This document shows, one piece after another, positions 14,207 through 27,145 of a stretch of 64,000 nucleotides of DNA. The DNA is from Eledone cirrhosa (lineage: Eukaryota). A model generated the notes under the pieces. That model ran no database searches. It worked only from the letters and a program-made list of their open reading frames with translations, and was not told the DNA's origin. Position numbers and translations under genes: made by a program. Location of the stretch: contig OZ024742.1 of assembly GCA_964016885.1 (NCBI GenBank), positions 293,508,001-293,572,000 on the forward strand, read 5' to 3'. Positions within the stretch are counted from its first letter, which is position 1. Every line of letters begins with the position of its first letter.

Positions 14207-17200
14207 TCATCATCATCATCATCATCAACGTTTAACGTCCGTGTTCCACGCTTGCATGGGTTTGGACGGGGGTAGTCCCACTTGAGGCAAGAGTGATTGT
14301 CTTGCTCGCATAGGACTGTCTGGCAGGTTTTCTACAGTTGGATGCCCTTCCTAACACCAACCACATTTACAGTGTGGGTCTGGGAGGTTTTTACTGTGTT
14401 GCCTACACGGCCACATTACAGCGTGGACTGTGTGTTTTTTTTGTCGTGACACCTACACGATCTCATTTGTTTCGGCCTGGATGGCGCGGCACCAACATAA
14501 CTTTACATAGGACGGGGTGGTGTGGATGGGTGGGGGTGGTGGCGGGACGGGGTGTATTTTGTTAGAGATGCCTACTGGCAAGGCGGGTCTTCTCTGTTAC
14601 TGAGTACCGCCAAAGGCCTCGGTCCAGTGACATTGTCTTGGAGAGGTGTAAGTGTGTGAGGTCGGAGTTTATCAGCTCGTCCCAGGTTTTTCTAGGTCTG
14701 CCTATTCCGTGGCTACCGTCTATCTTTATTGCCCTGCACTTTGTTATACAGCTATCGTCTTTCATGCGCATCACGTGTCCATACCAACGTAGCCTTCTCT
14801 CGAGTAAACAACATCTGATCCCTCTTATCTCTAATTTTTCCCTTAGTTCGTTTATGCTTTGCCGTTCACGTATATTACTGTTACACATCCAGCGGAGCAT
14901 GCAAGCTTCGTTCCTCTCTAGTCTGCGTATATCCTCTGCACACAATGCCCAGGTCTCACTGCCATGCAACATTGCTGTTCGTATGCAGGCATCGTACAAC
15001 CTGCCTTTCATTTTTAGGGAGAACCCTTTAGCAGCTAATAGTGGTATAAGTTCTCTGAACTTTTTCCAACCAGTTCTGACTCTAGCTACAGTACTTTCAG
15101 AGCACCCTCCCCCACTGCTGATTTTATCGCCCAGGTAACGGAAGCTGTCCACTATTTCTATAGAACCCTCTGCGCAATTGAAAGAGCTAGTATTTTGTGG
15201 GCACTTGCTGCTACTTATTGCACCAGAACACCGGCCACATGTAAAATCTATGTTCTTAGTTAGCTTACCTGTGATCCCACTACATCTTTTATGCACCCAT
15301 ACTTTGCATTTAGGACATAAAATGGAGTTTCTACCTACGCCTTTCCTACACACCGAGCACGACCATTTCCCAGAAGGGACCGCCGCCTTGTTTTCTTTCC
15401 TACAAACTAGAACTTTGGTCTTAGCCAGGTTAATTTTAAGTCCTTTTGACTCTAGGCCGTGCTTCCATGTTTGGAATTTCTTCTCTAGCTCGGCCATTGA
15501 TTCCGCTATGAGTGTCAGGTCGTCTGCGTATAGGAGTTCCCATGGGCAGCCTGTCTTGAACTCCTCTGTTATAGCCTGAAGGGCAATAATAAATAGTAGG
15601 GGGCTGAGAACAGAGCCCTGATGGACGCCAACTTTTACGCTAAACTCTTCACTATATTCGTTGTTAATTCTAACCTTGCTGACTGTTTCTTTATACATGG
15701 CTTGTATGGCCCTCACAAGCCATTCGTCAACGCCTAGTTTTCTAAGAGCCCACCAGATAATGGAGCGGGGGACTCTGTCGAAGGCTTTCTCCAGGTCGAC
15801 AAAAGCTAAGTAGAGGGGTTTACCTTTAGCTAGGAACTTCTCCTGTAGTTGTCGTACTATGAAAAGAGCGTCTGTGGTACTTTTTCCTGACACAAACCCG
15901 AACTGCATTTCATCTAGGTCAATTCTCTCTCTGATTAGTTGCGCTATTACTTTTTCCGTGACCTTCATGACCTGGTCGATTAATTTAATGCCTCTATAGT
16001 TACTCCTATCTAGGGCGTCTCCTTTACCCTTATAACAGTTAACGATGATGCTGCTATGCCAGTCCTTCGGAACAACCCCATTCTGTACGACTTGGTTAAC
16101 TATGCGGGTGACCATGGTGTGTCCCACCGTGCCAGATGCCTTCAGCATCTCAGCAACTATTTCCGAAGGCCCAGCCGCCTTACCTGTCTTCATATCCTTG
16201 ATTGCCTTACTTATTATACTCCCCTCGACTAACACTGCTGGTCCCTCTATTGGGTCGACATGGGGGAGACTGTCTTTCTCCCATTTATTCTCCTCATTTA
16301 GTAGCCTTTCATAGTGACACTTCCAAGCTACCTTCTTATCAGTGTCGGTGATGGCAAGTATGCCATCATCGTTAAGTACACACTTCTCCCCGACAATATC
16401 ACGGTTTTCCTTGACGCATTGCCTAGCAATCCTGAACACCTCACGTTTTTGGTCATCGCGTTGTAGGACATGCTTGAACTTTCTTTCCTCAGCTTACCTT
16501 CTTGCTAAGTACACTTCTCTCCTAGCTTCCCTCCTGGCCACTTGATAGTCTACTCTACTTCCCCCATCCCGCCATACTTTCCAAGCCTGCTTTTTGGCCT
16601 TAATTGACCCCTCCACCTTACTGTTCCACCACCATGTTACTCTCCTCCTGCCTACAGGCCTGCTCCAGCCACAGACTTCGTCTGTCGCCAACAGCAGGTT
16701 TGCTTTCAGAAATTCCCACTGTCCCTCTATATTGTCCGACTCTAAATGTTCTTCCTTACTGTCGAAAGCATCAAGTAATATGTTTTGAAATTTATTTTTG
16801 GCTGTGGGGTCCTTTAGCTTCCATATTTTTCTCCTGAGGATAGTCCTCTTCTGCTGTCGAGTACGTCTCGTCCTGACTATGAGGTCGCTAATTATCAGTC
16901 TATGTTGGGAGGTGCATTCTTCATGGGGGAGGGATTTAGTGTTTACAACAGACACTCTGTCACGTCTTCTGGTAAGGATATAATCTACCTGGCTTGTGTG
17001 TTCCCCGGATCTATAGGTGATCAGGTGATTGTCACGTTTTTTGAAGTTAGTGTTACAGATAGTTAGGTTATTTGCATCACAGAATTCCAGGATTCTGGAG
17101 CCTTCCTCATTTCTAGTACCAAACCCATAGCCTCCATGGATTTCGTCGTAGCCGTCACAATGTTGCCCAACGTGACCATTTAGGTCGCCTGCAATAATTA

Positions 17201-17465
17201 TATAGTCACTGTCAGATATTTGGGAGGTAGTGAGCATCAGTGTCTCATAGAATCTGTCTTTTATAGTGCCGGGCAGTCCGGATTGGGGTGCGTACGCAGA
17301 TATTACTGTCACCGTAGTTCTATTGAGGACAAGTCGTATTTTAATTATTCTGTCGTTCACTCTATTTACGTCTATTATCTTATCTGCCCACTTTTCTGCT
17401 ACCATGATTCCTACTCCACCCAGCCCATCGTCGTTTCCCACCCAGAAAAGCTTATAACATCGTTA
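14207..17465 (-). mobile_element. RTE LINE copy C, near-complete (most of APE + RT + PHD); one TAA at 16494-16496
   Basis: [29 protein letters not shown] (APE) followed in frame by RT; (GAT)n tail; very similar to A. Confidence 0.96.
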
Positions 17466-17788
17466 CATATATACATATATATATATACCCATATATACAT
17501 ATATACATATATATATATACACATATATATATACATACACATATATATATACATACACATATATATATACATACACATATACATATACATACACATATAT
17601 ATATACATATATATATATACATATATATATATATGCATACACATATATATATACATACACATATATATATACATACACATATACATATACATACACATAT
17701 ATATATACATATATATATATACATATATATATATATGCATACACATATATATACACATATATATACACATATATATATACATATATAA

Positions 17789-17857
<69 letters not shown>
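17466..17857. repeat. Degenerate (TA)n/(CATA)n tract
   Basis: Directly visible. Confidence 0.95.
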
Positions 17858-17858
<1 letters not shown>

Positions 17859-20800
17859 CATCATCATCATCGTTTAACGTCCATCTTCCACACTTGCATG
17901 GGTTTGGACGGAAATTTTCCCACTTGAGGCAAGATTGGTTGACTTGCTCGTATAGGACTGTCTGGCGGGTTTTCTATGGCTGGATGCCCTTCCTAATACC
18001 AACCACGTTTACAGTCTGGACTGGGAGGTTTTTATCGTGTTACCTACACGACCTCATTTGTTGTGACACCTACACGACCTCATTTGTTTCGGCCTGGATG
18101 TGGTGTTACCAACATAACTTTACATTGAAAGGGATGGTGTGGATGGGGTGGGGGTAGTGGGACGGGGATGTATTTTGTTAGAATTGCCTACTGACTGTAG
18201 GTTTTGCTTTGTACTTAGGCAAGGCGGGTCTTCTGTATTACTGTGTAGCGCCAAAGATCTTGGTCCTGTGACATTGTCTTGGAGAGGTGTAAGTGTGTCA
18301 GGTCGGAATTTATCAAGTCGTCCCAGGTTTTTCTGGGTCTGCCTACTCCGTGTCTACCGTCTATTTTTATCGCCCTGCACCTTTTTATACAGCTGTCGTC
18401 TTTCATGCGCATCACGTGACCGTACCAACGTAGTCTTCTCTCAAGTAAACAACATCTGATCCCTCTTATTCCTAATTTCTCCCTGAGTTCGTTTATGCTT
18501 TGCCATTCACGTATATTACTATTACACATCTAGCAGAGCATGCAAGCTTCGTTCCTCTCCAGTCTGCGTATATCCTCTGCACACAATGCCCAAGTCTCAC
18601 TGCCATGTAACATTGCTGTTCGTATGCAGGCATCATACCTTTCATTTTTAGAGAGAACCCAATAGTGGTATAAGCTCACTGAACTTTTTCCATCCCGTTC
18701 TGACTCTAGCTACTGTACTTTCAGAGCACCCTCCACCACTGCTGATTTAGTCACCCAGGTAATGGAAGGTGTCCACTATTTCTATAGAACCATCTGCACA
18801 ATGGAATGAGCTAGTATTCTGTGGGCACTTGCTGCTACTTATTGCACCTGAGCACCGGCCACATATAAAGTCTACGTTCTTAGTTAGCTTACCTGTGATC
18901 CCACTACATCTTTTATGCACCCATACTTTGCATTTTGGACATAAAATGGAGTTTCTGCCTACTCCTTTCCTACACACTGAGCATGGCCATTTCCCAGATG
19001 GGACCGGTGCCCTATTTTCCTTCCTACAAACTAGAAATTTAGTCTTAGACAGGTTAATTTTAAGGCCTTTTGATTCTAGGCCATGCTTCCATGTTTAGAA
19101 TTTCTTCTGTAGTTCAGCCATTGATTCAGCTATGAGCGTTAGATCATCTGCGTATAGGAGTTCCCATGAGCAGCCGGTCCTGAACTCCTCTGTTATAGCC
19201 TGAAGGGCAATAATAAATAGTAGGGGGCTAAGGACGGAGCCCTGATGAACACCAACTTTTACGCTAAACTCTTCACTATATTCGTTGTTAATTCTAACTT
19301 GCTGACTGTTTCTTTATACATGCCTTGTATAGCTCTCACAAGCCATTCATCAACACCTAGTTTTCTAAGAGCACACCAGATAATCGAGCGGGGTACTCTG
19401 TCAAAGGCTTTCTCCAAGTCAACAAAAGCTAAGTATAGGGGTTTACTTTTAGCTAGGTACTTCTCCTGTAGTTGTCGTACAATGAAAAAAGCGTCTGTGG
19501 TACTTTTACCTGACACAAACCCGAACTGCATTTCATCTAGATCAATTCGCTCTCTGAGTAGTTGCGCTATTACTTTTTATGTGACCTTCATGACCTGGTC
19601 GATTAATTTAATGCCTCTATAGTTACCCCTATCTAGGGCATCTCCTTTACTCTTGTAGCAGCTAATGATGATGCTGCTGCGCCAGTCCTTTGGAACGACC
19701 CCATTCTGTATGATTTGGTTTACTATCTGTGTGACCATAGTGTGTACCACCGTTCCAGATGCTTTCAGCATTTCAGCAACTATTTCCTAAGGCCCGGCCG
19801 CCTTACCCGTCTTCATATCTTTGATTGTTTTACTTATTATACTACCTTCAACTTGCACTGCTGGTCCCTCTATTGGATCGATGTGGGGGAGACTGTCTTT
19901 CTCCCATTTATTCTCCTCATTTAGTAGCCTTTCGTAGTGACACTTCCAAGCCTACCTTCTTATCAACGTCAGTGATGGCAAGTACACCATCATCATTCAA
20001 GACACACTTCTTCCCGACAATATCACAGTTTTCCTCGACACATTGCCTAGCAATCTTGAACACCTCACGTTTTTGGTCCTCACGTTGTAGAACATGCTTG
20101 AACTTTCTTTCCTCTGCTTCCCTTCTTGCGAAGTACACTTGTCTCCTAGCTTCCCTCCTGGCCACTTGATAGTGTTCTCTACTTCCCCCATCCCGCCATA
20201 CTTTTCAAGCCTGCTTTTTGGCCTTAATTGACTCCTCCACCTTACTGTTCCACCACCACGTTACTCTCCTCCTGCCTATAGGCCTGCTCCAGCCACAGAC
20301 TTCATCTGCCGCCTTCAGCAGGTTAGCTTTCAGGAATTCCCACTGTTCCTCTATATTGTACAACTAATTGCTCTTCCTTACTGTCAAAAGCATCAAGTAA
20401 TATGCTTTTAAATTTAAATTTATTACTGGCTGTGGGGTCCTTTAGCTTCCATGTTTTTCTCCTGCGGATAGTCCTCCTCTGTTGTCGAGTACGTCGTACG
20501 TTTTGTCCTGACTATGAGGTCACTGACTATGAGTCTATGTTGGGAGGTGCATTCTTCATGGGGGAGGAATTTAGTGTTTACAACAGACACTCTATCACGT
20601 CTTCTGGTAAGGATATAATCTATCTGACTGGCGTGTTCCCCTGATCTATAGGTGATCAAGTGATTGTCTAGTTTTTTGAAGTTAGTGTTACAAATAGTTA
20701 GGTTATTTGCGTCACAGAATTCCAGGATTCTGGAGCCTTCCTCATTTCTAGTACCAAACCCATAGCCTCCATGGATTTCGTTGTAGCCGTCACAATGTTG

Positions 20801-22221
20801 TCCAATGTGACCATTTAAGTCGCCAGCAATAATTATGTAGTCACTGTCGGTTATTTGGGAGGTAGTGAGCATCAATGTCTCATAGAATCTGTCTTTTATA
20901 GCGCCAGGCAGTCCGGATTGTGGTGCGTACGCAGATATTGCTGTCACAGTAGTTCAATTTAGGACAAGTCTTATTTTAATTATTCTGTCGTTCACTCTAT
21001 TTACATCTATTATCTTATCTACCCATTTATCTGCTAACATGATTCCTACCCCACCCAGCCCATTGTCATTTCCCACCCAGAAAAGCTTATAGCATTGTTT
21101 TTTACCCACAATGAATCTAGCAGACCCACTCCTTCACCGGGTCTCTTGGATACAGCAAACATCAACCTCCTTACGTTCAAGCATTTCTACAACCTCGTTA
21201 GAGCGACATTTTAAGGTGCCTACATTCATGGTACCAACTCTGAAGTTTTGGATTGCATTTGGTGGGTGGGAACGGTGTGGCGCGGGAAGGGGTGAAGGGA
21301 ATGGCGTTGGGGTTATGTTGGCCATCCGCGGCCGAAATAAAGAGGAGGAGTCCTTGCCTTTTCGTCCAGCAGCATTAGGTGAATTTGTCTTTATCTTTGG
21401 CATTGTCACCGAGTGTCCAGATTTTTCAGACGCTCCAGAATTCCTTAGTCCATCCATCATATCGAAAGGCAACCAGGGAAGTGATAGCATAGGCCGCTGA
21501 CTTATGATTGGTCCAGATAATAATGGTGGCGAGTGGGGGCAATTGGGATGGGTATGGGGTAGTTAGCGAGAAGGTTTAAATAAAATCCTCCAATTTTGAG
21601 CATAATTGGACAAGCATATACAGTAATAAGCGAATAATGGGATTTTAAAATACAAGAAGACTATTTAGAACAACCAGACAGAATTATAGAATAGCATTGA
21701 GAAAGAGCAAAGATTTGGATTCTGGGTGATGATGTGGCTATATGAATGAATGGACCAGGAAGATGGAGAGACAAGAAAAAAATGGCATTTTACATTACAT
21801 TTCACAGGAGAGCGAGCAAGTCTGACCATTAATAAGAGTTGACAAAATCTGAGATTCGTACCTCGTAACAGGTTTATTTTATATTTGGTGAGAGAAGGGA
21901 GTGATTGAGAGAGAGGGAACCAGTAGGTGCATATACAATATTGGGGGGGGGGGGGGGTAGGAGAGGCAAGGGAGGCCATTTCATAAATCCTAGAATTTTC
22001 GGCCAAAATTAAACACACGAGATTGTTATTTTAGAAAACAAACGAGAAGGATTAAAACATCAGACGTAGTTAGCGAGAAGGTTTAAATAAAATCCTCGAA
22101 TTTTGAGCATAATTGGACAAGCATATACAGTAATAAGCGAATAATGGGATTTTAAAATACAAGAAGATTATTTAGAACAACCAGACAGAATTATAGAATA
22201 GCATTGAGAAAGAGCAAAGAT
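17858..22221 (-). mobile_element. RTE LINE copy D, apparently full-length but decayed (single ORF, probable 5' UTR to about 22221)
   Basis: N-terminus RVGTMNVGTL...DVCCIQETR of APE at about 21130-21240, then APE/RT/PHD with many stops and indels; (GAT)n tail; ends at a (TA)n tract. 5' boundary is inferred. Confidence 0.9.
21559..22221. repeat. 156-bp direct repeat (21559-21714 / 22066-22221), period 507 bp
   Basis: gtagttagcgagaagg...gaaagagcaaagat present twice, with about 2 mismatches. Confidence 0.93.
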
Positions 22222-22405
22222 ATATATATATATATATATATATAGCCTATCAAAGTTCTTTCATCACACACCTGTGACATCATCAGTGGTACTATTATGT
22301 TTCCTCCCATTGTATTGTAAAAGCGAAAACCAATCCAAACCAAACAGTGAGTGTGTTTTATTATCATTTCTGGCAATATTATAACAATATGACCCTCCCC
22401 AAATA

Positions 22406-22444
<39 letters not shown>

Positions 22445-22786
22445 AAATGAAGTAATTCCGTCGGAAAGGTCCAGGAAAAAAGAGTGCTCTATGTACATCG
22501 AACAAGCATTAGTGAAGCAACACCCACTAAATAATAAATGTACATCCCATACCCGACTTGTACTGGCACTAGTGAAACAACACCCATAATATAAAAATGC
22601 TAAACACCATCATATGAACAGGTATAAAAAACCAAATGTGACTAGATTGTCTGAACACCGGCCAGAGTTACTCCCCCTGCTCTGCGATAATAACAACATA
22701 TGCATGAAGGAGAAGAATGAACTTTGATGTTAATTTAACCGTGAAATCCCTCCTGGGTCCTGTATTGATCATTTTTTTGTTTTCCA

Positions 22787-22829
22787 TGCCCTTGATAAGC
22801 CCATTCCGGGCGAAACGTACGTAGGCGCA
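22787..22829 (+). ncRNA. Minimal type I hammerhead ribozyme, U3-A8 core variant
   Basis: tgccc-TTGATAA-gccc attcc gggc-GAA-acgtacgt-A-ggcgca; palindromic stem III as in Penelope-associated hammerheads. Confidence 0.65.
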
Positions 22830-23728
22830 CTGTTATATAAACATGTTCTAATGGTTTTAAACTCCTTGTATTCATTTCTTCTATATATATACACATATAT
22901 ATATACACATATATGCAAAAGGCAAACAGAAATAACAAAGCCAACAACACAGTACAATAAGAAATATATTATTAGTAGGAAAAGAGTCTTAATGTTTCAG
23001 ACAGTAGTCCTTCATCAGAAATAGAATGAGAAATTAAAGAAGAAATAGACAGGAGGGAGATGATATATATATATCACCTGAAGTTTGTGTAATTATAGGA
23101 AGTGGGAAGGTTTTGGAGTATAGGTGGGGTGGTATTGGTACTCATACTCCGTGTCTGAAATGAGGAATGTGTGCATAGCCTTCTTTTTTTATTGGTTCAT
23201 GAATATCAAGTCTTTTTCTTGTCAAGCTTCCTTCTAAAACTGTCCTGATCCTATTTACTCCTCTAATCTTCAATGAAGTACTATCATCAATAATTTATCA
23301 TTAAGATATATGGTAGCTTACATGGGTCTTGACTTCTGATTCTAAAGCTGTTTGATTGGTCTAGCAAGGACTAGAGTGGGTGTGATCTCATGGAGATAGG
23401 GGTGATATGAGAGCAGTAAGAGAGACATGTATCCAACATGAGAGCAGTGAGAGAGGGAGAAACATGTACACATATATAAGAGACCAGTTGAGAGAAAAAC
23501 ATGAGGAAAGTTAAGTATAAAGATTAGCTGTGGCCAGTTAATAGCGAGACAGGCTGAAAGATTAAAGAATTTTAAACAAAAACTATACTTCAAATGAACA
23601 ATGATTGTAGGTGGTAACTAAATCAAAGCCAGTAAGAATAAGAAAGAAAGTTATATTTCATAGTGAGGGGGAATGAGAGAGGGAAGATAGAGATAATACA
23701 GTGTGTGGTAGAATGGAATGCAGTGGTG

Positions 23729-23772
<44 letters not shown>

Positions 23773-23775
<3 letters not shown>

Positions 23776-25028
23776 CCTGGCTAAGACTAAAGTTCTAGTT
23801 TGTAGGAAAGAAAATAAGGCGGCGGTCCCTTCTGGGAAATGGTCGTGCTCGGTGTGTAGGAAAGGCGTAGGTAGAAACTCCATTTTATGTCCTAAATGCA
23901 AAGTATGGGTGCATAAAAGATGTAGTGGGATCACAGGTAAGCTAACTAACAACATAGATTTTACATGTGGCCGGTGCTCTGGTGCAATAAGTAGCAGCAA
24001 GTGCCCACAAGATACTAGCTCTTTCAATTGCGCAGAGGGTTCTATAGAAATAGTGGACAGTTTCCGTTACCTGGGTGGTAAAATCAGCAGTGGGGGAGGG
24101 GTGCTCTGAAAGTACAGTAGCTAGAGTCAGAACTGGTTGCAAAAAGTTCAGAGAGCTTATACCACTATTAGCTGCTAAAGGGTTCTCCCTAAAAATGAAA
24201 GGCAGGTTGTACGATGCCTGCATACGAACAGAAATGTTGCATGGCAGTGAGACCTGGGCATTGTGTGCAGAGGATATACGCAGACTAGAGAGGAACGAAG
24301 CTTGCATGCTCCGCTGGATGTGTAACAGTAATATACGTGAACGGCAAAGCATAAACGAACTAAGGAAAAAATTAGAAATAAGAGGGATCAGATGTTTACT
24401 CGAGAGAAGGCTACGTTGGTATGGACACGTGATGCGCATGAAAGTCGATAGCTGTATAACAAAGTGCAGGGCAATAAAGATAGACGGTAGCCACGGAATA
24501 GGCAGACCTAGAAAAACCTGGGACGAGCTGATAAACTCCGACCTCACACACTTACACCTCTCCAAGACAATGTCACTGGACCGAGACCTTTGGCGGTACT
24601 CAGTAACAGAGAAGACCCGCCTTACCTAAATACATAGTAAAACCTACTACAGCCAGTAGGCATCTCTAACAAAATACACCCCCGTCCCACCACCACCACC
24701 CCCACCCCATCCACACCACCCCGTTCTATGTAAAGTTATGTTGGTGCCGCGCCATCGAGGCCGAAACAAATGAGATCGTGTAGGTGTCACGACAAAAAAA
24801 CACACAGTCCACGCTGTAATGTGGCCGTGTAGGCAACACGGTAAAAACCTCCCAGACCCACACTGTAAATGTGGTTGGTGTTAGGAAGGGCATCCAGCTG
24901 TAGAAAACCTGCCAGACAGTCCTATGCAAGCAAGACAATCACTCTTGCCTCAAGTGGGACTACCCCCGTGCAAACCCATGCAAGCGTGGAACACGGACGT
25001 TAAACGTTGATGATGATGATGATGATGA
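23773..25028 (+). mobile_element. RTE LINE copy E (A/C subfamily), 5'-truncated, frameshift in a G-run near 24100
   Basis: [15 protein letters not shown]...MKGRLYD...EKTRLT*, 3' UTR as in C, (GAT)n tail, (TA)n on both sides. Confidence 0.94.
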
Positions 25029-25401
25029 TATATATATATATATATATACTACATCAAAAGAAAGCTGAAAATATATACATCACAATGACTGGTATATACG
25101 TATGCTTGGATATCTACAATAACCAACATAACACAAAAACTGACCGACAGACACAGTTATAAACATACACACACACATATATATATATACATATATGTAC
25201 ACATACATATATACACATACATATATACATATATACACATACATATATACACGTATATATACACACATGCACATATATATATATATATACACACATATAT
25301 ACATATATACATATACACACATATATACACATACATATATACACACATATATATATATACACACACACAGACATATATATACATATATATACACACCCAT
25401 C

Positions 25402-25442
<41 letters not shown>

Positions 25443-25741
25443 ATTGTTATTATTATAGCCAGCTTTGATTTAGTCAACACCTACAAACATTGTTCTTTTC
25501 ATGAATGGTTTCTGCTTTAAATTCTTTAATCTTTCAGTCTCACTATTAGCTGGTCATAGCTAACCTCTATACACAATCTATTTGTTCTTTCTTATTGTTG
25601 AATTGCATCTCTTTCCCATACACTATTCTGTCTCCATCCGCCTCTTTCCCTCACCCTCATACACTATACTATTATTCTCTTAATCTATTATGTGTTTCAG
25701 CCAATAGGCTGAGGTCATGCTGGGTCATCACCATTAAAAAC

Positions 25742-25847
25742 AAAAAATGGAACACTTCATGAATTTGCATGTCATCCTTGCACAGGGGCCATGCTAATAT
25801 TCTCTGTATGGTTCTAATTATAGAATATGTACTGCTGAAACAAGTAA
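25742..25847 (-). pseudogene. U6: U6 snRNA pseudogene (full length)
   Basis: Minus strand TACTTGTTTCAGCAGTACATATTCTATAATTAGAACCATACAGAGAATATTAGCATGGCCCCTGTGCAAGGATGACATGCAAATTCATGAAGTGTTCCATTTTTT aligns to U6 including ACAGAGA and AGC; all CpGs lost; no TATA visible at -30. Confidence 0.93.
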
Positions 25848-26143
25848 TATTTTTACCAGTCATAGCCAAACTGTGGCCCATTTAGCTTTCTGAATGGCAC
25901 GCCTAATTTCAAATTTGCCTTGAAGACATGGCATAAACCTCCAACTATTGCTGAAGAACACAACACACAATGCAGCTTAGGAATCGAACCCATGACAATA
26001 TTGTAAGCCAAAAAAATTAACTCACAACGGAAAGAAACAAATGGAAAAACAATGATGGAAAAAGTTGATAAAAATACAAAATTAAAATTACACCAAAGAA
26101 TAATAAAATGATGAAAAGTTAAAAAAAAAAAACTCCCACATAC

Positions 26144-26347
26144 CATAATGGCACCAACTTTCAGTAGGTTGTTAAGTTGAATCCGTAGTTGGTCACAAAG
26201 GTCCAATATCCGCTCACGGTTCTCATGAGAAGTGTAGGCAGAGTCAGTGAAATCCTGGCTACTTTCAACTATTAAGTCTAAGGCACTGTTGAGTTTCTCC
26301 TGAGTACTCGGACCTACCATTGTTATCCGAATTAGTTCACATAAATC
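26144..26347 (-). CDS. CTNNAL1: Alpha-catulin-like gene, internal exon (68 codons, phase 0/0)
   Basis: tttcag|DLCELIRITM...SQDFTDSAYTSHENRERILDLCDQLR...GAIM|gtatgt; DFTDSAYTSHE.RERIL is characteristic of alpha-catulin. Confidence 0.92.
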
Positions 26348-26859
26348 CTGAAATAAATAAAAAATATTTATATATATATATATATATATAATGTGTAAAA
26401 ACAAGCTAAAAACCTTCATACATATAAAATATATTTTTAAAATAACATCAAAGATGAACAGGAAATTCAAATCCTGTTGAAGATAATGTTGCTTCTGATC
26501 CATTCAGGATCCTGAAATAAAGGGTCAATATAGAGATGTGGATTAATGGAATTTTTGGTGTTGGATGAGATGCCTTGTGATGTTTGTTCTGCCTTACTGC
26601 ACTGTTGCCACTGTGTCTAGTTGAGTGGCAGACTTAATCCATCACCCTGTTTAACACCCCCATCTGGCTCGTGGATGTCTTTATAGAGATTCAACATTGT
26701 TGCAAGCATTAAGGCCAGGTTTGTGGTCTGAGAATACTTTCTTCCCTCTCTCCATCACACCAGTCTTGATAGTGCCCTAGAAAAGGTTATGAGCACTGTC
26801 CTATCATGCTCTACCAATTCTGCCAATCCACCGCCCTGGAGTCACCATTAATAATTTTT

Positions 26860-27145
26860 TGATTTAGGCACATGGCCAACAATTTTAGAGGAGGGGAAAG
26901 TCAATTAAATTGACTCCCGTACATTACTGGTGCTTTATTTTATTGGCCCCAGTACATTACTGGTGCTTTATTTTATCGATCCCTTAAGGAAGAAAAGCAA
27001 AGCTAATTGCGTCACGATTTGAACTCAGAACGTAAAGGGCCATATGCTGGAAAGCATGATGTCTGACGCTCTACCGATACTGGACCATAACTCTATGCTG
27101 CAATGCATGGCGTCGGATGTTCTACCGATTCTACCAATCCACCGC
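26860..27145 (-). mobile_element. tRNA-headed SINE with Meta-like central domain
   Basis: B-box-like gagttcaaatc; reverse complement of gcttttcttcctta..ggatcgataaaataaagcaccag; related copies at 35642, 49192, 51500, 53295, 58240. Confidence 0.65.

Noticed and set aside
22985-23022. Minus-strand hammerhead CTGATGAAGGAC...GTCTGAAAC (also decayed motif at 50357-50400)
   Set aside because: Stems I/III or core not intact; treated as relics.
25742-25847. Functional U6 gene
   Set aside because: Many substitutions, all CpGs lost, no upstream TATA recognisable.
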